Shown here in pieces: positions 28,763-36,970 of a stretch of 64,000 nt of DNA. How positions within the stretch are numbered: position 1 is the first letter of the stretch; each line of letters opens with the position of its first letter. The stretch is from an uncultured Actinomycetes bacterium (GTDB lineage: Bacteria > Actinomycetota > Actinomycetes > S36-B12 > UBA5976): the NCBI GenBank assembly GCA_903892635.1, contig CAITJH010000086.1, positions 36,227 through 100,226 on the forward strand, given 5' to 3'. The translations under genes were made by a program, and so were the position numbers. The notes below the pieces were generated by a model. That model was not told the DNA's origin and did no database searches. It was given only the letters and a program-made list of their open reading frames with translations.

Positions 28763-30655
28763 CTACACAATTCGAATTGTGATCGTCGAACCAGATGGAG
28801 CCATCGTTCCGGCCTTGACCGACTGTTCCCACACTTCGTTAAGAACGACGTAATTCCACATGTTCACTGCCGTGACGTTAAACCCGGCAGCCTTCAATGC
28901 TGCTATTGCCGCATCCTTCTTCATGCCAACGACATTGGGCACGGCTACAAGAGGTGGACCTTTACTGACAGTGAGTTTGATGGTCGATCCGCGAGGTACA
29001 GTTTGACCTGGAGCAGGATCGCTCGAGATTACGCTTCCTGCGGCGCTTGAGTCGTAGATTTCGCTGGCAACTGCAACTTTCAATCCCAGAGTCTGAAGAT
29101 CAGTTGTCACCTTGTTGACGTCTTGACCAGCGATTGCTGGGATCGTCACAGGAGCTGGACCCTTCGAGATAAAGAGTGTGACGTTGGCGGCACGTTTCAC
29201 TTTGGTACCACTAGCAGGATCGGTCTTTACAACCTTGCCGACTTTAATTTTGTCGTCGTAGATTTGCTGTGTATCTCCGATAACGAGCGTGAGTGACTCT
29301 AACTCTTTTTGAGCGTCTGCTTGACTCTGACCAGTCAGATCGTTGGGAATCGTATAGCGCTCTTGACCCTTGGAAACGATCAGAGTGATGTCGCGACCTT
29401 TTCGAGCCTTGACACCGGCTTGAGGCTTCGTTGCGATCACAGTTCCATTCGGGATCGTTTCAGAGTATGCCTGGTCGATTGCACTTGATAACCCAACATT
29501 GGCGACTGCGTGTTCGGCATCTGTTTGGCTTTGTCCCACAACTTCAGGCATGGCCACATAGCTTCCAGTTACCTTGTAACCCACGATTGCCAATAGAGCG
29601 ATCAATAGGCCAAGCACGAGAATTCGTCGACGTCGATGAGTCTTTTTACGAGCTATGCGATGGGCGTTCTGAGTATGAGCGGCGGGCGGTGTCGAGGCAG
29701 GCTGAGCCGACGATGCGCGATGCACGCCACGGGTGGGAGCCTCTAAAACCAGCGTTTGATTGATGGGAATCACAGTCGTGAGAGCTTCTACAGCTGGCAC
29801 GGCATTTGTTGCTCGATTGACTCCTTCGAGAAAAGCTTCAGCGCTTTGAAGTCGATCATTGGGATCACGATGCGTTGCAGCTAGCACAAGATGATCGACC
29901 GCTGGCGGGACGTCAGGCTGGAGGGCACTTGGTGCTGGCACGTCGTTATTGACGTGCATGTATGCGACATCGAGGGGTGAGTCTGCAGTAAAAGGAACTC
30001 GGCCGGTAAGCATTTCAAAAAGCAGAATTCCCGCTGAATAAACATCGCTACGTTGGTCGAGTGATTGTTGTTGAACTTGTTCTGGAGACAAGTACGCCAT
30101 CGTTCCCAATAAAACGGCGCCCGTTGAGTCACTAACGGGGGTGTTATCGATTACGCGAGCCAAGCCAAAGTCAGTGACCTTTATGTGACCGCTTTCGGTT
30201 ATCAACACATTTTCAGGTTTGATATCGCGATGGATAAACCCAGCGCTATGAGCTGCGCCGAGTCCAGCAAGTACGGACTTCATAATTTCAAGAGCGTGAG
30301 AGCTCGTCAGTGAGCCGGCATCGTGCAGCACTTCGCGAATTGTGCGGCCTGGAACAAATTCCATGACGAGATAGGGGTAACCCTCGGCAACACCTTGATC
30401 ATGCACGGCAACAACGTTGGGGTGGGTGAGTGCGGCTGCTGAACGTGCTTCTTGGATGAAACGTTCTACGAAGTCTGGATTGTTAGCAAACGATGCAAGC
30501 AAAACTTTGACGGCGACAGTTCGTCCAAGCCGGGTATCGGTCGCACGATAAACGGTCGCCATACCGCCCCGTGCAACAAGATCATCGACTCGGTAGCGAC
30601 CATCAAGAAGTCGACCGATGTATGGATCGGAAGTTTGATTGGTGGTCACTCTCAT
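28763..30655 (-). CDS. Ser/Thr protein kinase with four extracellular PASTA domains (PknL position)
   Basis: Kinase motifs VAVKVL, HRDIKPENVL, DFG and SPEQ. One TM helix, then four repeats of about 65 aa each ending in a ...SKG-type motif. Start taken at ATG 30655 (MRVTTNQ). Confidence 0.9.
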   Translation of the reverse strand: MRVTTNQTSDPYIGRLLDGRYRVDDLVARGGMATVYRATDTRLGRTVAVKVLLASFANNPDFVERFIQEARSAAALTHPNVVAVHDQGVAEGYPYLVMEFVPGRTIREVLHDAGSLTSSHALEIMKSVLAGLGAAHSAGFIHRDIKPENVLITESGHIKVTDFGLARVIDNTPVSDSTGAVLLGTMAYLSPEQVQQQSLDQRSDVYSAGILLFEMLTGRVPFTADSPLDVAYMHVNNDVPAPSALQPDVPPAVDHLVLAATHRDPNDRLQSAEAFLEGVNRATNAVPAVEALTTVIPINQTLVLEAPTRGVHRASSAQPASTPPAAHTQNAHRIARKKTHRRRRILVLGLLIALLAIVGYKVTGSYVAMPEVVGQSQTDAEHAVANVGLSSAIDQAYSETIPNGTVIATKPQAGVKARKGRDITLIVSKGQERYTIPNDLTGQSQADAQKELESLTLVIGDTQQIYDDKIKVGKVVKTDPASGTKVKRAANVTLFISKGPAPVTIPAIAGQDVNKVTTDLQTLGLKVAVASEIYDSSAAGSVISSDPAPGQTVPRGSTIKLTVSKGPPLVAVPNVVGMKKDAAIAALKAAGFNVTAVNMWNYVVLNEVWEQSVKAGTMAPSGSTITIRIV

Positions 30656-30723
30656 AAGTCTAAGGTGGCAAATGCGCGATAGTGTCTTAGACATAGCGGT
30701 TATGGTGTCGAGGAGGGCTTTGA

Positions 30724-31059
30724 ATGGTGCATTTGCGTTACTTAGCAGTGCTGCTGGGCTGCCTTCTAGGATCAGGTTGGCTGGAATTTTTTCTGCGAAC
30801 TAGGGTTTATCGCAGATGGCTGCGATTAGTTGTGACCGTTTTGCCGGTCGTCCTCGTTTTCGTTCTCTGGGACATCTATGCGATTGGTCATCTTCATTGG
30901 ACCTTCGATCCTCAAGCCATCACAACCGTGATCGTGATCAAAGGCGTACCACTCGATGAAGTTTTGTTTTTCATCATTATTCCAATCTGTGCGATTCTCA
31001 CTTTTGAAGCCGTGAGAAGTTCTCATCCGCAATGGCACACAAAGGACGATGTGAAATGA
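30724..31059 (+). CDS. crtYc: Lycopene cyclase domain protein, heterodimeric cyclase subunit
   Basis: 111 aa, 3 TM, conserved P-x-E/D-E motif context GVPLDEVLFFIIIPI. ATGA overlap with the partner gene. Confidence 0.8.
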   Translation: MVHLRYLAVLLGCLLGSGWLEFFLRTRVYRRWLRLVVTVLPVVLVFVLWDIYAIGHLHWTFDPQAITTVIVIKGVPLDEVLFFIIIPICAILTFEAVRSSHPQWHTKDDVK

Positions 31060-31457
31060 CATACACACAACTTGCCTTGGTGGGTGTGGCGCTGACTATT
31101 GTCATTGACGTGAGCGTCTTGCGAACCAAACTTGTTCGTCGAAAAGTGTTTTGGTACTCGTATGGAATCATTGTCATTTTTCAACTGATAAGCAACGGTT
31201 TTTTGACTGGTTACGAAATGGTGCAGTACGACGGAGATGCAATCATCGGCCAAACGTCACCTCAACATTCGCCACCACCATTTATCGGTCAAGGACGAAT
31301 TTGTTTTGCACCAGTTGAAGATCTATTTTTTGGTTTCGCATTGATCCTTTTGACGTTGTCGCTGTGGATGTGGTGGGAACGCCGTGGGATTCAGTCGGAT
31401 ATTCACGCAGGTCCACCTCGCGAATCTGTCCGCGCTCTCGTTCGATACGAAGAGTAA
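31056..31457 (+). CDS. crtYd: Lycopene cyclase domain protein, second subunit
   Basis: About 133 aa from ATG 31056. Motif FAPVEDLFFGFALILL. No UbiA-type elongase (crtEb) is nearby, so a C40 beta-cyclase is more likely than a C50 cyclase. Confidence 0.8.
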   Translation: MTYTQLALVGVALTIVIDVSVLRTKLVRRKVFWYSYGIIVIFQLISNGFLTGYEMVQYDGDAIIGQTSPQHSPPPFIGQGRICFAPVEDLFFGFALILLTLSLWMWWERRGIQSDIHAGPPRESVRALVRYEE

Positions 31458-32366
31458 TTACTTCCACATTTTGCGAGCTTGCCACCACGCCGGCAGTGCA
31501 ACTCTCAAACGTTTGCTCAGTGGCACTGACGCGCGCTTTGAAAATACGTCGTAATTGATCGCGATCACTTCATCAACTATGCCGCAATACAAAATACGAG
31601 CCGTTTCGATGCAGGGCTGAGCGTACGGAGCAAGCATTGAAATACCTTGGCGCGATTCTTCTTCCAATTTCTTCACTCGAGCAATTTGAAATTCGAGTGC
31701 CTGACGAAGCTCTGGCGTAAGGACTCGCTTTTCAAGATCCTCGCGACTCACACCAAATTGAGCAAGTTCGTTTAGTGGAAGGTACACGCGTCCACGATCA
31801 AGATCTTCATTGACGTCGCGAATGAAATTGGCCAGTTGGAATGCTATTCCGAGTTGCTTTGCGTATTCATACGCACGTTCATCAGTAGGTTCAAGGATAG
31901 GAACCATTTGGAGGCCAATAACTGCTGCTGAACCGTAGACGTACTCGTACAGATCGTCGAATGTGTCGAAGTGATCAACTGTGAGATCCATCGTCATGGA
32001 ATGTAAAAAGGCTTCAAAATGTTCCCGAGGAATGTTCCAGCGATGCACCGTGTCGAGTACTGCGGCACAAATTGGATCCTTTGATATTCCAGAATCAAAG
32101 TCCTTAAAGAATTCGTTGGACCACGTTGTCAGTGCTTGTGCCTTTTCAGCGTCGCTCAAGGTTGATGCTAAATCGTCAACAATTTCATCTGCATAGCGAG
32201 CGAATCCGTAAAGCGCATGCACGTAGGGTCGCTTCTCGGGCGGAAGTAACAATGTTGCTAGGTAATAGGTTTTGCCATGTTGGGCGTTGAGACGTCGGCA
32301 CAACTCATAGGATTCTCGAAGTTGAGGATCAACAATTCCAGCCGCATCAAGATCACGATTACTCAC
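31458..32366 (-). CDS. crtB: Phytoene synthase
   Basis: Asp-rich boxes YADEIVDD and RDVNEDLDRGRVYLP. 302 aa. Confidence 0.93.
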   Translation of the reverse strand: MSNRDLDAAGIVDPQLRESYELCRRLNAQHGKTYYLATLLLPPEKRPYVHALYGFARYADEIVDDLASTLSDAEKAQALTTWSNEFFKDFDSGISKDPICAAVLDTVHRWNIPREHFEAFLHSMTMDLTVDHFDTFDDLYEYVYGSAAVIGLQMVPILEPTDERAYEYAKQLGIAFQLANFIRDVNEDLDRGRVYLPLNELAQFGVSREDLEKRVLTPELRQALEFQIARVKKLEEESRQGISMLAPYAQPCIETARILYCGIVDEVIAINYDVFSKRASVPLSKRLRVALPAWWQARKMWK

Positions 32367-32409
32367 ACCGCAATCATGACAGGCATCTGTTGTATGGGAG
32401 CATTAGGGC

Positions 32410-32844
32410 ATGGGAATTCGACCGGGGCTATTGGCCGCGATGCTCAAAGCTGACCATCTCCATGGAGTAATTCGTTGGAAAGTTGATATCGACGACGATT
32501 CAGTGAATCAAGAACTCTCTATTGTGGGGGCATCTGCGTTATTTCTCGATTCACGATCTGTCGTTAATGTGGAGGAGTTTCTATCGACCGCTGGTCGGCA
32601 GCTCGAGTGTGCTCCAACTACGGGCATGACGATCGATAATTTTTCCTCTGCCATTCTTGCCCTCCCTAAGCGAAGCGTTATCGTTTGGACCGGTTGGCAA
32701 GAATTTGTAGGGTCAGATCCCGCAGGGGCTGCTCTGATAGTCGATGTGTTGGACGATGCCATTCAACAAATTTCGGGAACGGTTTTAGTTCTTGGCAAAG
32801 TTGGCGCGATGCCTAATGTTGCCGAGCTAACTGCACTGTCTTAA
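32410..32844 (+). CDS. Barstar-like (RNase inhibitor family) protein, orphan
   Basis: By eye, residues LFLDSRSVVNVEEFLSTAGRQLECAPTTGMTIDNFSSAILALPKRSVIVWTGWQEF...ALIVDVLDDA parallel B. amyloliquefaciens barstar [51 protein letters not shown]...VLQVFREA. Confidence 0.55.
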   Translation: MGIRPGLLAAMLKADHLHGVIRWKVDIDDDSVNQELSIVGASALFLDSRSVVNVEEFLSTAGRQLECAPTTGMTIDNFSSAILALPKRSVIVWTGWQEFVGSDPAGAALIVDVLDDAIQQISGTVLVLGKVGAMPNVAELTALS

Positions 32845-34367
32845 ACAATTACGCGCGATTCAGCGATGCGCTGATTGTGTTGGTCCAGTGGAAGTAGCGG
32901 TTTCGTTTCTGCGTCACCAAAAATCAAGGCACGTTCTCGCGGAGATGCCGCTACTGCCATACAGAGAATTAATGTTGCAAGGACCATTGCAAGGCCATCG
33001 GAAAACTCGAAAAACGTATCGGCAGTCGCGCTGGAATTTGAAATGCCGTGAACAGTAAACGCAAAAATCGCAATGATGGTGATTCGAAGTTGAATTTTGC
33101 TTAGCCCCGTTGCTGCCAACAGTGGAATAGTCCACAGCAAGTACCACGGTTGTACGACTGGACCAAATACGACCAGAGCGCCGATTGCATAAGCCGCGCC
33201 TCTGGCGCCACTACGTCCTTGTGGCTTAACTGTCAGGACCATCAAAACAATGACAGTGATGGCAAATCCAATGGCACGGAAAATTGAAATCGCATGGCCC
33301 ATCTGATCACCCATACCGAGATGACTCGTAGGCGCTCCTGTAAGTATGCCAAGCGCTGTCATTGGTGACAGCCAACTACGAACTGCTCCTGGAGTTTGGA
33401 GCGCACTAAGCCATCCCAAAGGCGAAACATGCGCGATCAACGACAGAATCACCATCGTCAACGCGCTGATAAATCCAGTGACACCAAAGGCTTTTAATCG
33501 CTCACGTATCGGGCGTCCCGATGTATGGATGATGGCGATAAACGGAAGCACAACAATGGCAACAGGTTTTACTGCCAAGCCCAGGGTTGTTATGCAAATT
33601 GCGAGAATGAAACGTTGATCAATGGCCAGTACAAGACCCGTTGTTACTAAAGCAATCATAAGAGAGTCGTTATGTGAACCTGCAATAAAGTGCATCAATA
33701 CAAGTGGATTCAATGTTGCAAGCCACATAGCGGATGCACCATCAATACCGTGGCGTCGCGCAAGTGCTGCAACAGATCGAGCTAAGAGTAAGACGCTCAA
33801 AACTCCAATGAGTCGAAATACGTAGCTGGCGAGGTACACGTGAGGACCGCACGCTTGGGCGATGACTCTCTCGACAAAGAGAAATAGCGGTCCGTAAGGA
33901 GTTTTAGAATCCGCCCACATTGGATCAACACCGCTATTGAACCATCCAGGAACTACAGCAACTCCTGAGACATAAGGGTTGTCACCTTGGAGTTGTAAGT
34001 GTCCTTGCATGAAATATGAGTAGACATCACGACTAAATAGTGGTGCTGCAAAAATCAGTGGACTTATCCATGTCAACAAAATCTTGAACATTGTTTGTTC
34101 GCTGATCAATTTGTCATGAAGTGTGTCTATCCCAATGACAAGCCAAGCTTGCAAAATCAAAGCAGCGCCTACGACGACAAGAGCTCTAGAAAGTGCGAGA
34201 CCTGCAGTTTGCGTTTGGAGGAAATTGAGAAGTGGCCAACGTAACGGATTGAATGCGAGTGGAAACCATCCAACACCAAACGAGCCGATGGCGATAAATG
34301 AACTACCTAGGAAGCCAGGTAAACCATAACTACCGAACCACGTTGTCGCTCTGGTAGTTGTGCTCAC
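32841..34367 (-). CDS. GT-C-fold polytopic membrane protein (MptA/MptB-like; 'carotene biosynthesis associated membrane protein' family)
   Basis: 508 aa with more than 10 TM segments. Sits between crtI and crtB. It occupies the position of mptA (Rv2174) between idsA2 and pknL in recalled mycobacterial synteny. Confidence 0.6.
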   Translation of the reverse strand: MSTTTRATTWFGSYGLPGFLGSSFIAIGSFGVGWFPLAFNPLRWPLLNFLQTQTAGLALSRALVVVGAALILQAWLVIGIDTLHDKLISEQTMFKILLTWISPLIFAAPLFSRDVYSYFMQGHLQLQGDNPYVSGVAVVPGWFNSGVDPMWADSKTPYGPLFLFVERVIAQACGPHVYLASYVFRLIGVLSVLLLARSVAALARRHGIDGASAMWLATLNPLVLMHFIAGSHNDSLMIALVTTGLVLAIDQRFILAICITTLGLAVKPVAIVVLPFIAIIHTSGRPIRERLKAFGVTGFISALTMVILSLIAHVSPLGWLSALQTPGAVRSWLSPMTALGILTGAPTSHLGMGDQMGHAISIFRAIGFAITVIVLMVLTVKPQGRSGARGAAYAIGALVVFGPVVQPWYLLWTIPLLAATGLSKIQLRITIIAIFAFTVHGISNSSATADTFFEFSDGLAMVLATLILCMAVAASPRERALIFGDAETKPLLPLDQHNQRIAESRVIV

Positions 34368-34376
34368 AAGATAAGG

Positions 34377-35879
34377 CTACTTGCGCAGTGCCCGCGATCG
34401 GTAAGTGGAATCCTTGCCGAGAATACGTTCAGCAGCCAGACGTCCTGAAATTAAGACCATTGGTACGCCCACACCAGGTTGAGTGCCTGACCCAGTAAAG
34501 ACGACATTGTCACCCCAGATGTTGTGTGGTCGGAATGGACCGGTTTGCAGAAATGAATGAGAGGCAGCAAACGGTGCACCTCGTTCCATGCCGCGATCTT
34601 GCCAATCCAGTGGGGTAGTGATGTGGCTTACCTCTACGGAATCGCCAAAGCTTTTGTAGCCACGAGCTTCCATAGTCGAAATTACGTTCTCGCGATACTC
34701 GGGTTCAAAAGTCTTCCAGTCGATGTCTGCATCCATGTTGGGCGTTGGGAACAGCACGTAGTAAATCTGCTTGCCATCTGGAGCTAAAGATGGATCTGAA
34801 TGCGTGGGATTCGTGACTAGCAAGCTTGGATCGCTCATGAGGGCTCGATTGTCAATCAAGTCGGTAAATACTTGTTTCCACTCTCGACCAAAGTGAATGT
34901 TGTGATGTCCAATGTGGTCGTATGTTGCGGTTGATCCAGCCAACATGAGGTAACACGATGGCGAATATTCAAGGCGGTTAATGCTCCACTTACTTACGCC
35001 GAGAAGGTCGCGATATGCCACGGGTAGATCTGGGTTGAGAACTACGACATCGGCAGCAAAAAATTCGCCATTGGCTGTCTCGACACCGGTTGCATGGTCA
35101 CCATTACGCCGGACAGTAGTGACTTCAGTGTTGTATTTGATAGTGACGCCGTGGGCTTCTAGTGCCTTTGCCATAGCTTGTGGTACAGCGTGCATGCCAC
35201 CTTTGGGGAAAAATACTCCAGCAACTGAATCCATATAAGCGATGACAGCATAAATTGCGAGCGCGTCGTAAGGAGAGAGTCCGGCATACATTGATTGGAA
35301 AGAGAACAGACGTTGTGTTCGATCGTCTTTAAGGAAAGTGTTGACTTTAGGTGCGAGCTTGCGAAAGCCACCAAGTCCAACTAATTTCGCTAAATCCGTC
35401 GACACCAAGCTCAAAGGAGAATCAATGTTTCGATCGATGAAATTTTTCATTTCGTACTTGTACAGATCTGAAACAAACTCGACATACTTACGGTAGCCAA
35501 GAGCTTCGTTGCTGCCAATCACTCGTTCAATTTCAGCGGACATTTCATCGACATCGCTGTACACGTCTAACACACTGTCGTCGTGGTAAAAAGCGCGATA
35601 CAGCGGCGTGACAGGCTCTAATGAAAGCCAGTCGTTCATGTTTTCACCGAGACAATCAAAAGCGTCCTGAATGAGGTCTGGCATTGTCAAAACGGTTGGC
35701 CCGTTATCGAACTCATATCCGGAATCACTAATTCGTCCTGCTCGACCGCCAGGGATAGCATCACGTTCAAGAATCGTCACATTACGACCTGCACCAGCCA
35801 AACGCATTGCAGCTGATAGCCCACCCAAACCAGCACCAACGATGACGACGTCTTCTGTTTTACCTTTAACTGTGCGCAT
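34377..35879 (-). CDS. crtI: Phytoene desaturase
   Basis: N-terminal VVIVGAGLGGLSAAMRLA FAD fold and C-terminal FTGSGTQPGVGVPMVLISG signature. 500 aa. Confidence 0.93.
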   Translation of the reverse strand: MRTVKGKTEDVVIVGAGLGGLSAAMRLAGAGRNVTILERDAIPGGRAGRISDSGYEFDNGPTVLTMPDLIQDAFDCLGENMNDWLSLEPVTPLYRAFYHDDSVLDVYSDVDEMSAEIERVIGSNEALGYRKYVEFVSDLYKYEMKNFIDRNIDSPLSLVSTDLAKLVGLGGFRKLAPKVNTFLKDDRTQRLFSFQSMYAGLSPYDALAIYAVIAYMDSVAGVFFPKGGMHAVPQAMAKALEAHGVTIKYNTEVTTVRRNGDHATGVETANGEFFAADVVVLNPDLPVAYRDLLGVSKWSINRLEYSPSCYLMLAGSTATYDHIGHHNIHFGREWKQVFTDLIDNRALMSDPSLLVTNPTHSDPSLAPDGKQIYYVLFPTPNMDADIDWKTFEPEYRENVISTMEARGYKSFGDSVEVSHITTPLDWQDRGMERGAPFAASHSFLQTGPFRPHNIWGDNVVFTGSGTQPGVGVPMVLISGRLAAERILGKDSTYRSRALRK

Positions 35880-36946
35880 TAGAAAGCTCTCTGTGTGGCC
35901 ATAATGGCTAGTTCGGTAAGTGCTTGTCGAGATTCTTCTGTGATGCTCTTGGTGTCGATAGCCGCGAGTGCATTTGCGGTTTGTTCGGCGATCGATGTTT
36001 CGACCGATTCAAGCGCTCCACTTTCTGAAATGAAATGCTGCAACTCTGAAATATCAGTTTCGGTGGAATGCGCTGCATCAAAAAGTGCAGCGAAGCGGTT
36101 GGCGTCGGCGCTAGTTAGCATTGTGAGAGATCGGGCTACTAAGACAGTGTGCTTGCGTTCGATGAGATCGTCTCCCGCGGGCTTTCCAGTGATACTGGCA
36201 TCACCAAATACACCAAGCACATCATCACGCAATTGGAAAGCCTCGCCCAGTGCGAGCCCATAGGCCGAAAGAGCTGACATCACTGAATCGTCGGCATGTG
36301 CCATGGCAGCACCCATGTGCAAAGGTCGCTCAATTGTGTACTTTGCGCTCTTAAAACGAATGACATTGAGTGCTTGAGCCTCAGTCGTATTTCGACGCAC
36401 TTGTTCGAGTAGATCAAGGTATTGCCCAGCCATAAGTTCAGTACGCATGATGTCGTAAATAGCCTTGGTGCGCGCCAATGCTTGCGAATCAAGCCCACTT
36501 GTAAAGAGCAATTCATCTGCCCATGACAATGCCAAATCGCCAATGAGGATTGCAGCACCATTGCCGAATGACAGAGCATCAGATTGCCAATCTGCGCTGC
36601 GATGCATTTCTTCAAACTGCTTATGTGCTGCCGGCTTACCTCGGCGTGTATCGCTGTGATCCATGACATCATCGTGAATCAAGGCACAAGCTTGGAGAAA
36701 CTCCAAAGAGCTCACGGCTCGGACTACTTGATCAGAGTCGTCGTTGCCAGTCGCGCGGTAGCCCCAATAGGCAAAAGCTGGCCGTAGTCTCTTACCGCCT
36801 TGAAGAAGTGAATTCAAACTATCGATCAAAGGCAAGGTGTCTGGCGAAATGTTAGCCAAAATAGGTCGATGCTCCTCGATGAAGTCATCGATCGTGCCTT
36901 GGATGCGGACACGCAAATTGTTGGCATCGAGCGCAGATGTGGACAC
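35879..36946 (-). CDS. idsA: Polyprenyl (geranylgeranyl) diphosphate synthase
   Basis: First Asp-rich motif LIHDDVMD and second FQLRDDVLG. 1-nt overlap with crtI. Confidence 0.9.
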   Translation of the reverse strand: MSTSALDANNLRVRIQGTIDDFIEEHRPILANISPDTLPLIDSLNSLLQGGKRLRPAFAYWGYRATGNDDSDQVVRAVSSLEFLQACALIHDDVMDHSDTRRGKPAAHKQFEEMHRSADWQSDALSFGNGAAILIGDLALSWADELLFTSGLDSQALARTKAIYDIMRTELMAGQYLDLLEQVRRNTTEAQALNVIRFKSAKYTIERPLHMGAAMAHADDSVMSALSAYGLALGEAFQLRDDVLGVFGDASITGKPAGDDLIERKHTVLVARSLTMLTSADANRFAALFDAAHSTETDISELQHFISESGALESVETSIAEQTANALAAIDTKSITEESRQALTELAIMATQRAF

Positions 36947-36970
36947 CTCTCAAGGGTATTGCTTGACCTT

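Noticed and set aside
32410-32844. Positional equivalence to Rv2175c, the DNA-binding PknL substrate located between mptA and pknL in M. tuberculosis
   Set aside because: Size and orientation fit. However, I see no helix-turn-helix-like segment, and the sequence parallels barstar instead. I kept it as barstar-like, unverified.
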